63,609 nucleotides of DNA, taken from Litorilinea aerophila. GTDB taxonomy: Bacteria; Chloroflexota; Anaerolineae; Caldilineales; Caldilineaceae. A program made the translations under genes and the position numbers. Below, in pieces: positions 17,955-26,998 of this stretch. How positions within the stretch are numbered: position 1 is the first letter of the stretch; each line of letters begins with the position of its first letter. The stretch lies in NCBI GenBank assembly GCA_945905745.1, contig CAMDQF010000001.1, positions 1-63,609 of the forward strand, given 5' to 3'. The notes beneath the pieces are model-generated. The model saw only the letters and a list, made by a program, of their open reading frames with translations, searched no databases and had not been told where the DNA came from.

Positions 17955-20380
17955 GTACGGCTAGGCTCAAATTCCCAGATTTGGGCTTGATCTTCTTGGT
18001 GTAACAGAACAAATGCTGAGTTCTTCTGTAGCCAACTCGACGGTACGAGAGGCTGTGCGCCGTAACCGACCTGCCCCTGACGCTGGCCCAGATAAACGTG
18101 AGTAATTCCAGCCTGGCATAAAATGGGGTCCAGTTGTGTTGGTTCCCCCTGACTGTCGTAGACATCCAGCATGAACTGGCGGATGGTGACTTTGTCTGTA
18201 CCAGCCGACAATTGTTCGGTGGCGTAGGGCATGGGCGGGATGTTGTTGGCGCGTTGCGTGTAAAAGGGAAGCCACCAGCCTGCATCCGAGCCAACAGCCA
18301 TACTGTTGTTGTAGGCCAGGAACCCGTTTACCAGAAAACGAGAATCGGGTGGGGTATTGTTCCTGATCCAACCGAATGCGGCCACGTCGGATTGGGTGAC
18401 CATCTGGTGGGCTGTATCCACGATGTGAAGCTGTGTGCGGGTGCCGAAGAGTGTGATCCCGATCACCGCTGGCAGAACGAGAACGGCGGCAAAGGGTATT
18501 CTTTCGAGTCTATCCACACAGCCTGCGAAAAACCATCCCCAAAGCCAGGCAATTGGAATGTACGCGCCGATGACCAGGAGGAAATTAGTGATCCAACCAG
18601 TCCCCGGCAGGCCAAGCAGATAGGGGTTGGTCATCAGAAATGCCAGGGGCGTGAAAATTGCCAGCGGGATGGCAAGTTCGCGTCGTTTCCAGAAGGCCAG
18701 CAGCCAGATAACCAATGCTCCGATCCATAGAAAACGAGGATAGTATTCGCTGATGTGCAGCCATGCCTCCAGTTCTTGTGACAAGGCAACGTTGGTCTGG
18801 ACATCGCGTGTCACAACGGCTGTGAATGTTCCGACCAATTGACCGCTCTGTACAAGAAGCGCCCACGGCAGAATGGATAGGGCTGACAGCAGCGCAATAC
18901 CGACAAGACCCGACAGACGGGGCAGCCATGCGTTTGTGTCTTTGCGTTGCACCCAGATACCCCAGATCGTCCACGCCAATCCGGCGGCGACAGCAACGGT
19001 GGCAACCCGATAGTGGGTAAGGATAAGTCCAGCGGTAAGTACTACCATCAACCAAAGCAGGCGATCTTTGGGTTTTCGCTTCTCGGTCCACCAGAGATGG
19101 AAAGCCCAGAGCAGAAGAGGGAAGATGATCTGGCTTGCCAGTTGGGTGTAGCGCCCCCAGTTGACGTAGTAGCCAGGCATCTGCGACAAGTATCCAGCGA
19201 CAAGGACAGCACCCACAGCCGCCCACGGGCGACGACCACTGATCCTGTAGGCTACAGGAAGCAGGGCGAGAACAGCGAGAACATTCAGCATCTGCCCTGC
19301 CAGCAGCACAGCGGTGGGAGTGCCCCAATGGGTAACCCATTCCCAGGCTGCCGCGGCAGTGTGAAAACCGAAGTGGTAGGTGAGGCTCTGGATCGGCGCG
19401 TATGGCTCCCAGGAATCAAACAGACCACCGTTCTCCACGAACAATTGCACGATCAGTGCGTGATGAACTGAATCGCCCCAGAGCGGTGCGGGCAGCGTCC
19501 GTACAGGCAAAATTCGCACGGCAGTCAGTAGGAGAAGCAGCCCTGCAAGCACCCAATCAGGCATGTGTTTGACATTCGCTGCGGCCCACAATTTCCGCGG
19601 AAAAGCAGGAATCTGTACTCGCTCGCTCCACAACAGATAGAGTCCGCTGACGATTCCGGGAATCCACGCCAGCCATTCTCCTATGGCAAGCCCCAGGGTG
19701 TGGCTCCACAAAAAGAGAATCGGATAGATGGCAATACTTGTCCCCGCCGCCAAGCCCAAGCGTTCGCCCCAGTGCAGGGTGTACCCAGAGAGCAGCCATC
19801 TCGCCAGTGCTAGACCCGGCAATACGAAGAGGAAGAATGTGACACCGAGTATTTGCAGGAAATGCAGGCTGAACGAGAGCAGATCAAGAAAAATCGATGA
19901 ACTGGCGTAAACGGCCCCAAAAGCGATATCCCCTTCCTGGGGTTGGTGATTTCTGTAGAACGTGCCGTCTGGATAGGTGCTTTGTTCAGACGCGCCGAGC
20001 AGAAGGTCTGCGCCTTCAACAAAAAAGTAATAGCGGCGTCCGTGGGAATCTGCTTGGGGGGCAAAGGCAAAACGAACCACCCCAGCTACTGTGACAGGTT
20101 CATTGAGCTGGGCCAGTGCCAAATCTTCCTGCGCGGAGGGGTCTGCACGCAGGTGCAAGACGGGCAGGGTGCTGCTCGCTGCTGTCAAAGGGCTTAGAGT
20201 TAACTCAATCCCGTTCAAGCCCGCGTGCTGGGCAACAAAGGTTTGGCCGAGTGGCTGTTCCATGGGGAAAGCGACGGTTGCCTGCGGTTGAATCGCATCT
20301 GTAAATTGATTTGCGACGCAACCGGAAAGCAGAAAGACGAGAAAAACCCAGAAGATGTACTTGCTGTGCACGATATTCAT
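17939..20380 (-). CDS. large polytopic membrane protein with N- and C-terminal extracytoplasmic domains (putative GT-C-type transferase or polymerase)
   Basis: Start set at MNIVHSKYIFWVFLVFLLSGC. That ATG overlaps the upstream TGA (ATGA). At least 12 predicted TM helices. No specific family recognised. Confidence 0.65.
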   Translation of the reverse strand: MNIVHSKYIFWVFLVFLLSGCVANQFTDAIQPQATVAFPMEQPLGQTFVAQHAGLNGIELTLSPLTAASSTLPVLHLRADPSAQEDLALAQLNEPVTVAGVVRFAFAPQADSHGRRYYFFVEGADLLLGASEQSTYPDGTFYRNHQPQEGDIAFGAVYASSSIFLDLLSFSLHFLQILGVTFFLFVLPGLALARWLLSGYTLHWGERLGLAAGTSIAIYPILFLWSHTLGLAIGEWLAWIPGIVSGLYLLWSERVQIPAFPRKLWAAANVKHMPDWVLAGLLLLLTAVRILPVRTLPAPLWGDSVHHALIVQLFVENGGLFDSWEPYAPIQSLTYHFGFHTAAAAWEWVTHWGTPTAVLLAGQMLNVLAVLALLPVAYRISGRRPWAAVGAVLVAGYLSQMPGYYVNWGRYTQLASQIIFPLLLWAFHLWWTEKRKPKDRLLWLMVVLTAGLILTHYRVATVAVAAGLAWTIWGIWVQRKDTNAWLPRLSGLVGIALLSALSILPWALLVQSGQLVGTFTAVVTRDVQTNVALSQELEAWLHISEYYPRFLWIGALVIWLLAFWKRRELAIPLAIFTPLAFLMTNPYLLGLPGTGWITNFLLVIGAYIPIAWLWGWFFAGCVDRLERIPFAAVLVLPAVIGITLFGTRTQLHIVDTAHQMVTQSDVAAFGWIRNNTPPDSRFLVNGFLAYNNSMAVGSDAGWWLPFYTQRANNIPPMPYATEQLSAGTDKVTIRQFMLDVYDSQGEPTQLDPILCQAGITHVYLGQRQGQVGYGAQPLVPSSWLQKNSAFVLLHQEDQAQIWEFEPSRTCPNP

Positions 20381-21375
20381 TGCAGATGGGCGTACCGTTT
20401 GAGGACAGAATTGGGTAGGACAAGGGGGGCCATCATCATCTGCCAATTGTTTGTATGGCCCCACTTCTTTTGAATACTGTGTCGCTTTTTCAAAAAGAGT
20501 GGAAGTTGGCGAAGAGCGGCTAATCGACCCAGTAAGGGGGAAAAATTACGGGTGCGGAGGATGCTGCCGATCATGGACATCAGGTCATAAGCAAGAATGA
20601 CCGGCAGATAGAGAAGCAACCACGGAAGTGGGTAGTTCTTGGCAATAAGCCACACCTTGTTGCGCCCGAGAAGATAATTTTTGAAAGGCGAATTGTTGCC
20701 CAATGTGGCGGAATGAATGTGATAGACCCTGGCCTTTGGCTCCAGAAGAGAGCGCCAGCCAGCCAATCGCCCCCGCCAGGCCAAATCTACGTCCTCTAAA
20801 TAAGCGAAGAAATCATCGTCAAAGCCGCCGATCTCGTCTAGCATGGCACGGGAGTAGAGCGCAGCGCCGCCACAGGGACCGAAAATTTCCACGGGCTGGG
20901 TTTCGTCGGGAGAGTCCAACTCGCCCCCCCGCCAGTCCCAGGCAATGCCTGCCCAATCAATAGCGATGCCAGCCGAGTTGATGCGTTCTGGGGCATGGGC
21001 AAAAAGCAATTTGGCTGCTACCATCCCTATGCCAGCGGTGGCGTTGGCTGTGGCGTAGAGGTATTCGAGCCAGGTTGGTTCAGGAAATGCGTCGTTGTTG
21101 AGAAGGGCAATCCAATTGGCCTGGGAGGAAGCAATACCCTGATTACAGGCAGGGGCAAATCCTACATTCTGTTGGTTTGCGATCACAGAATAGGAAATTG
21201 TATGTTTCTGGCAAAGTTCTTCGAAGATGGAGATAGAGCAATCTGTAGATGCGTTGTCAACAAAAATTATTTCGAATGCACGAAGAGTCTGCTGATTTAA
21301 TGCAGTAATCAATTGGGCCAGATGACGCTGCCCGTTGAGATTGATGATCAGGACACTGACAAGCACTGGGATCAT
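20377..21375 (-). CDS. family 2 glycosyltransferase
   Basis: VLVSVLIINLNGQRHL...IIFVDNASTD N-terminal GT2 signature. Confidence 0.9.
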   Translation of the reverse strand: MIPVLVSVLIINLNGQRHLAQLITALNQQTLRAFEIIFVDNASTDCSISIFEELCQKHTISYSVIANQQNVGFAPACNQGIASSQANWIALLNNDAFPEPTWLEYLYATANATAGIGMVAAKLLFAHAPERINSAGIAIDWAGIAWDWRGGELDSPDETQPVEIFGPCGGAALYSRAMLDEIGGFDDDFFAYLEDVDLAWRGRLAGWRSLLEPKARVYHIHSATLGNNSPFKNYLLGRNKVWLIAKNYPLPWLLLYLPVILAYDLMSMIGSILRTRNFSPLLGRLAALRQLPLFLKKRHSIQKKWGHTNNWQMMMAPLVLPNSVLKRYAHLQ

Positions 21376-21452
21376 ACTTTCTGGTAAAGAGCGAAGCTCA
21401 ACCCCGCGGGTACAGGGAAGAGCTTCGCTTGTGAAAGACGAGGATCAAGGGT

Positions 21453-23699
21453 CTAGCGCATAATACCGGGAAGGTAAAGACCGCTTCCATCCAGTTGAAT
21501 CACTTCTGCCGTGATGGTTTCAGTACCAACAACCAGCGTATGGGTGATGGCTTTGGCGGATTGCCGACCATTGACTGCTGGCGTGATCTGTGTTGTGCCG
21601 CCGTTGGTTCTTAAGCCAACACCATCCAGCGTTGCTGATGCACCACTCCAGACAAAGGCCAGCAGATATGGCTGCGCGTCAATTCCTATAGGACTGTTAA
21701 CCAGCGGGATCAACGCCCCCACATTGGCTTTGGCAGTAAGCCTTGTGTTCGGCGTTTGCGATTTTTTTGTTGTCGGCACACCTCCGTTGCGGGGAATGGT
21801 GATTGCATTCAGTTCGGCAACGGTCTTGCAACATTGAAAGGCGATGCTGTCTGTGTAAACGATATCCCCAAAGGTGGTTGAAAAAAATTGGTTGTTGTTG
21901 TAGCGTATGTCGTTGATGGTGCCATCCTGCCTGTCGTCGTCATAGATGGGCAGGCCGATATTGGCGCTGATCACGCAGTTGCTGACGCTTCCGCTGACAC
22001 CCAACTGGCGACCGCCATCTGGCCCAGAGAAGAGGGCTGCGCCGAAGGACTGGCCTACACCCTCATTGACACCAGGGCTTATTTCGTTCTCAACGAGCAG
22101 GCAATTGCTCAAGTTCATCGTCGATCCTTGGACAAATATGCCGCCGCCAAAGACACCGGAGCTGCTTTTGGCGACAGTCAGACGATTGAAATTGGCGAAA
22201 GATTGGTTGAGTAGCGCAATTGCCCCGCCGGAAGCATTGACGTTGCCCTTGGCGTCGGCCCCATAAAAAATCACATTGTCCATTGTGACGTGGGCCATAT
22301 CTGCGGCCAGTCCGCCGCCAATACCTGTTCCCGGAATACCGATGTCCTGGACATCCGTATCATAAAACATCGAATTTGTGATAGTCGCTACACCCCGGTT
22401 CTGGGCGACGGTACCCATCTGGGGGACACCGATGCCGTAGGCCCGCAATTGATCGCCGCCGATGAAAATGCCGTTGGCTGCATTGGTGGGATTTGCGGGT
22501 GTGCCCACAATCAGGGTTCTGTCCACAAGCAATTGCGCTGTTGGACGATTAATGGTGCCGCCCCCAGTTGTGCCATCGTTGCCGTCGTTTGAAGTAGCTG
22601 AAATTGCCGCGCCAAAGCCCTGTCCGGGTGTTGTACTGGTTGTCCGGTTGCCGTTGAAGACGCTTTCGTGGACTTCCACAGTCGCTCGGTAGAGATTCAG
22701 ACCAGCGCCAATGTCGGCTTCGTTGTTGTTGAAGACCGATTTGCGGATGATTCCTGTTGATTGATCTTCAATGTGAACCCCCCCACCTTCGGTTGGGTGG
22801 GGGAAGTTGACGCTGGGATCGCGTTTCGCTACATTCTGCGAAAATGTCGAACCGGTAATGTAGACAAGCGCCTGTGGAGTTGTAGCCGGGTCTGCCCAAG
22901 TGCCAATGGCATAGAGCGCTCCACCCACATAGCCCGCTCGATTGTCTGTAAATGTAGAGTTAATAACGTGAACGACGGAGTTGCCGATGTGGACAGCGCC
23001 ACCGGCAGCCGTGATGCGATGATTGGGCAGATCCACCCGATTGCCGGTGAAGGTAGAGTTGAAGATCGAAACCCGGGCGTTTGAATTGATGGCAATGGCG
23101 CCGCCCTCATTCTTGGCAGTATTGTTTTCAAAGCTGCAATTGCTGAAGGTGACAACGGAATTTAATCCGACTGCCACGGCGCCGCCACCTGTGGTGGGTT
23201 GACCGCCCTGGTTGTCCACAAAGCGGCAATTGCGGAATTCGGCAGTTGCGTAATGGATGGTGACGCCAGCGGCTACGCCTTCTGTCGTCGTTCGGCCGCC
23301 AGAAAAAGTCAATCCGTTGAAGACAATCCGGTTGTGGTTTGCCTGGTCCGGGGTGTTTTGGAAGCGTAAAATATCCTGAGAACCATTGCCCAGCAGGATT
23401 ACTTCTTGTCCTGCCTCTGCTTGCATTGTGAAGGACTTGCCCAGATTGTTGAGAATCAGTGGGCCACCTGTGGAGATATACCGACCGCCTTGAATTTCGA
23501 TGATACCGCCGTCGCTGACAACTTTGATAGCAGCCTCAATCGAGTCCGCATCGTCTGGCACGCGAATCAGACTGTGCGGCACAGTAGTATTCGCTGTAGA
23601 GTTCGCATCGGCGCTCTTCAGGCCAGATATGAATGTGAAACAAGTGAGCAGGAGGGTCAGTAAAACAACACGTCCGGGATATTTCTGCAGGTTGGACAC
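21453..23699 (-). CDS. secreted right-handed parallel beta-helix repeat protein (PMP/CASH-like repeats)
   Basis: Signal peptide. Many repeats of the type GGA(V/I)...N(S/C)xFxxN. GTG start preceded by AAGGAGAAG. Confidence 0.8.
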   Translation of the reverse strand: MSNLQKYPGRVVLLTLLLTCFTFISGLKSADANSTANTTVPHSLIRVPDDADSIEAAIKVVSDGGIIEIQGGRYISTGGPLILNNLGKSFTMQAEAGQEVILLGNGSQDILRFQNTPDQANHNRIVFNGLTFSGGRTTTEGVAAGVTIHYATAEFRNCRFVDNQGGQPTTGGGAVAVGLNSVVTFSNCSFENNTAKNEGGAIAINSNARVSIFNSTFTGNRVDLPNHRITAAGGAVHIGNSVVHVINSTFTDNRAGYVGGALYAIGTWADPATTPQALVYITGSTFSQNVAKRDPSVNFPHPTEGGGVHIEDQSTGIIRKSVFNNNEADIGAGLNLYRATVEVHESVFNGNRTTSTTPGQGFGAAISATSNDGNDGTTGGGTINRPTAQLLVDRTLIVGTPANPTNAANGIFIGGDQLRAYGIGVPQMGTVAQNRGVATITNSMFYDTDVQDIGIPGTGIGGGLAADMAHVTMDNVIFYGADAKGNVNASGGAIALLNQSFANFNRLTVAKSSSGVFGGGIFVQGSTMNLSNCLLVENEISPGVNEGVGQSFGAALFSGPDGGRQLGVSGSVSNCVISANIGLPIYDDDRQDGTINDIRYNNNQFFSTTFGDIVYTDSIAFQCCKTVAELNAITIPRNGGVPTTKKSQTPNTRLTAKANVGALIPLVNSPIGIDAQPYLLAFVWSGASATLDGVGLRTNGGTTQITPAVNGRQSAKAITHTLVVGTETITAEVIQLDGSGLYLPGIMR

Positions 23700-23805
23700 G
23701 AGAGCTTCTCCTTATTTGGACAGGTATGCACTGTCGATTCATTCATCCGCACAATGGCTGTGCTCAAGACACTTTGTAGGATATAAGGTGAGCGTTACAA
23801 ATGCG

Positions 23806-24912
23806 TTACGCGGGAGAAGGAAATTGCCGATGTTCATGAGGGTGAAAACCATCTGGTAATTCGACACCGGTAGCATGTGCTTCGCGCACAAATCTTTGGA
23901 GAAGTGGAAATAACCGGCCAAGAGCATAACCTGCAAGAATCCGCTCTTGCATAGCCGATTGCGCAAAGATCGATTCCAAAGCCCCTTTGTAGTAAAAGTA
24001 GTTTAGCACTTCTATATACAAAAAGTCCAGAAGGTGATTGGGTATCCATTCATAATGCGTGGCGAGATGAAGCGACTGGGATTCCAGACATCTCCTTCGA
24101 GTCGGCGATAAGCCGGGTTTGAGCATACGGGAAAGAGCCAATCCTATGTGCCAGTGTAAACCCGGCAAAATATCTTTCTTGACGCCTGGGTGTTTCTTTT
24201 CAAAGACCCAGGCGATGCGACCACAGCGTTGCTGTCGCGCCGAGAAACTTAAAATGGAATGATAGTGATAATGCCTTCCAACAATGCTGGCGTCGTAGAG
24301 GATGCGTCCTCCGTGCTTGCTCAGTCGATAGGCCAACTCCGGATCTTCGTAGGCGTATACGAATGTATTGTCAAACCAGTGATCTACATGGTTGAACATC
24401 TCGCGTTTGATGGAAACATTGGCCGTGTAAAAATGGCGATAGTCGTACTCCTTGCCGTCCTGCAGGTAGTAGTAGCTGAACTGCTGCGCACCCGGACCGT
24501 CAATGTGTTTCATCAGTGTATTTTGGGGCAGATCGTCTGCCCAGCGCACCCGTCCCAGGATTGCCACAGTCGGGTCCGGGTGGTTGCTGTGTGCGCGCAA
24601 ATGGGCGTCAACAAAATCGGGGTCGGGCACAATATCATCGCCTACAAAGACAAGAAGCGGAGATGACGCATGTTCAAGCCCTACATTGCGGGCAACGCTT
24701 GGGCCTTGGTTTGTGGGCAGTTGCAGGGGAAGAAGTCGAAAACGTTCTGGGCGGTAGGTACGCAGAACCTCAAAGGTGGAATCCCGGGAACCGTCATCAA
24801 TGGCGATGATTTCGAACGGCTCAGAGGTTGTCTGACGATCATATGCCTGCAGGGTGCGGAGAAGATCATACGATCGGTTGTAGCAAGGCATGAGAATACT
24901 GACAGTTGTCAT
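23806..24912 (-). CDS. family 2 glycosyltransferase
   Basis: VSILMPCYNRSYDLLRTL...IIAIDDGSRD. Confidence 0.9.
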   Translation of the reverse strand: MTTVSILMPCYNRSYDLLRTLQAYDRQTTSEPFEIIAIDDGSRDSTFEVLRTYRPERFRLLPLQLPTNQGPSVARNVGLEHASSPLLVFVGDDIVPDPDFVDAHLRAHSNHPDPTVAILGRVRWADDLPQNTLMKHIDGPGAQQFSYYYLQDGKEYDYRHFYTANVSIKREMFNHVDHWFDNTFVYAYEDPELAYRLSKHGGRILYDASIVGRHYHYHSILSFSARQQRCGRIAWVFEKKHPGVKKDILPGLHWHIGLALSRMLKPGLSPTRRRCLESQSLHLATHYEWIPNHLLDFLYIEVLNYFYYKGALESIFAQSAMQERILAGYALGRLFPLLQRFVREAHATGVELPDGFHPHEHRQFPSPA

Positions 24913-24921
24913 AAAATGTCT

Positions 24922-25923
24922 TTACTTTGGCAGACAGGCCACTTGCCAGACTGATTCTGGGAACCAATCGAGCAGGGCATCCACGGTTGCGAACTTTTGC
25001 CCATCGTTCAGGATTTCGTAGCGATAGGGTTGATCGCGAAAATGCTGGAAGGTCTGCCTGGCGGCTACCTTTCCATGCACCTCGATCATCAGGCTAGGTC
25101 TGCGGCTTTGAATAATGCTTGCCAATCCTTCGATTACAAACCCTTCCGCTCCCTCCACATCGATTTTGATCAGGTCCGGTGAGCGTAGACCAAATTGGGC
25201 GATCATGGATGTCATATCCACGCCAACGACGCCAATTTCGTGGCCTGCCTTTGTCGCATACAAAGAAGATCGCTGTGTAACCCCCAAGCCGAGATTGCCA
25301 TAATTGAGGGTAAAGTTGACAGAACCTGCGCTGTCCAGCGCAGCCATGGGGAGTATCTGACTGTTGGCAATCTGGTTCAGTTCCAGATTTGTGCGTAAGA
25401 GATAAACACACAACGGATTGGCTTCGACACTGTAAACCCGGCCCTGTTCTCCCACCAGGCGGCTAGCCAGGATGGAATACAATCCAATATTGGCGCCGAT
25501 ATCGTAGACGGCCCAGCCTGGTACAATGGTATTGCGCATAAAGCGAACCACTGGCTCCTCATACCCAGCCAGCAGCTTGGCCTCCCAGCGGCTGGATACC
25601 CACACTTCGGTTGTGCGGTCCACGCGCACCTTTTGTGGCCCATCATTGCGGGTTTCGCCTGCCTCAACGGCAAAATCGAATGTATCCAGATCGGTCTGGC
25701 CCTCCTGCGTTCTCCATTCGATGAGAAGGGAGTAGGCCCCCGGTGCTTCTGGGAAAAAATGGAAGGGGCCAGGCTTTAGCCAATCGGTCAAGGGTTTTAG
25801 ATAGAGTATCCCCCGGTGACGGACGAAATAGCGGACTTCCACTCCTTCCTGCTTTGCACGAACGATAAAATCACACTGTTGGCCCAAATGGACTGCCTGG
25901 GGCTGCATCTCGATTGTTAGCAC
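24922..25923 (-). CDS. FkbM-family methyltransferase with an extra N-terminal domain
   Basis: VYDIGANIGLYS and DLIKIDVEGAEGFV motifs (Methyltransf_21-like). Start uncertain: GTG at 25923 or ATG at 25908. Confidence 0.8.
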   Translation of the reverse strand: MLTIEMQPQAVHLGQQCDFIVRAKQEGVEVRYFVRHRGILYLKPLTDWLKPGPFHFFPEAPGAYSLLIEWRTQEGQTDLDTFDFAVEAGETRNDGPQKVRVDRTTEVWVSSRWEAKLLAGYEEPVVRFMRNTIVPGWAVYDIGANIGLYSILASRLVGEQGRVYSVEANPLCVYLLRTNLELNQIANSQILPMAALDSAGSVNFTLNYGNLGLGVTQRSSLYATKAGHEIGVVGVDMTSMIAQFGLRSPDLIKIDVEGAEGFVIEGLASIIQSRRPSLMIEVHGKVAARQTFQHFRDQPYRYEILNDGQKFATVDALLDWFPESVWQVACLPK

Positions 25924-25954
25924 AATGATGTCCTTTTGGTGAACGATATTGTCG

Positions 25955-26998
25955 TTATCGGTTGAACAGGGTAGAGGCGAACCGCCGCAATTCAGACAGT
26001 AGTCGCGTTGAAAAATATCCGTCGGCTTTTTCTTGGCCAGCGGATGATGTCGTATCTGTCATGCGCTGTCGTATCTGCTGAAGATAGGCCTGACGCCGAG
26101 GATTCTCGGCTACGAGAAGCGCAAGCGCTTCTTCTGTATTTTCGTGCAGCCCTTCCAGAAGCATCACGGCCAAAACCTGTTCATTGCCGTATGTATAGAT
26201 GGAATGTAGAAATTGTGAGACGCGTTGCCCCCCGGGTTCTTTTTTGTACCACTGCCTGTCGGCGCAATGGCGGGGCAAATGGACAGCCAGGCACCAACAA
26301 ATCTCCAAAATCATCGCCGCCTTGTTTTCATGGATTGTATTGTTCCCATGAATCCGGTATTGGAGCAGAGGTTCGCAAACGACTTCAATGGCCGCAACCC
26401 GGGCTATACGCAGTGCAAAGTCCCAATCGTGGGTGTAGCGCAGGGGCAGAAATTCTCCAACTGTTTCATACCAGCTACGCTGAAAAAGGAAGTTGCTCGT
26501 GGTTGCCAGATAGTTTTCTGTTAGAAGTGCGGCCCGATTGTCTGCGCCGCCGCGAAAACTCTCTTTCACTTGCGGCAAAGGCCACGGCTCCAAATTTGTA
26601 TACCCCTGTTTGATGCCCAGCGTCTTGCCCGTTCTATCAATGACTTCGATATAGGACGATAGCAGACCGATGGCGGGATTCTCTTCCAGAATGGGCAGCA
26701 TCCGCTCCAGGCGGTTGGGCGCGTATACGTCGTCCGAATTCAGAATTGCCAGATAATCGCCCTGTGCGGCAGCCAGCCCCCGGTTGATGGCCGCATGAGC
26801 GCCCCGGTTTTCCTGGGCAATTACCCGCATACGGCTATCCGAGAAAGCAGCCAGCCGCTCTAAAGAATCGTCCTGGGAGCCGTCGTCAATGACGATCAAC
26901 TCCAAATCCCCGTAGGACTGACCCAGGACGCTGCCCACAGCCTGCTCCAGAAAGCGGGCGTGATTGTAGGAGGGTATGACAACAGAGACTTTCGGCAT
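25955..26998 (-). CDS. family 2 glycosyltransferase
   Basis: VSVVIPSYNHARFLEQAVGSV...LIVIDDGSQD. Confidence 0.9.
   Translation of the reverse strand: MPKVSVVIPSYNHARFLEQAVGSVLGQSYGDLELIVIDDGSQDDSLERLAAFSDSRMRVIAQENRGAHAAINRGLAAAQGDYLAILNSDDVYAPNRLERMLPILEENPAIGLLSSYIEVIDRTGKTLGIKQGYTNLEPWPLPQVKESFRGGADNRAALLTENYLATTSNFLFQRSWYETVGEFLPLRYTHDWDFALRIARVAAIEVVCEPLLQYRIHGNNTIHENKAAMILEICWCLAVHLPRHCADRQWYKKEPGGQRVSQFLHSIYTYGNEQVLAVMLLEGLHENTEEALALLVAENPRRQAYLQQIRQRMTDTTSSAGQEKADGYFSTRLLSELRRFASTLFNR

Noticed and set aside
17939-20380. Calling the 813-aa membrane protein a Wzy polymerase, an O-antigen ligase or an oligosaccharyltransferase
   Set aside because: I could not see any of the diagnostic motifs. 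Only the generic polytopic, GT-C-like architecture is supportable without profile searches.
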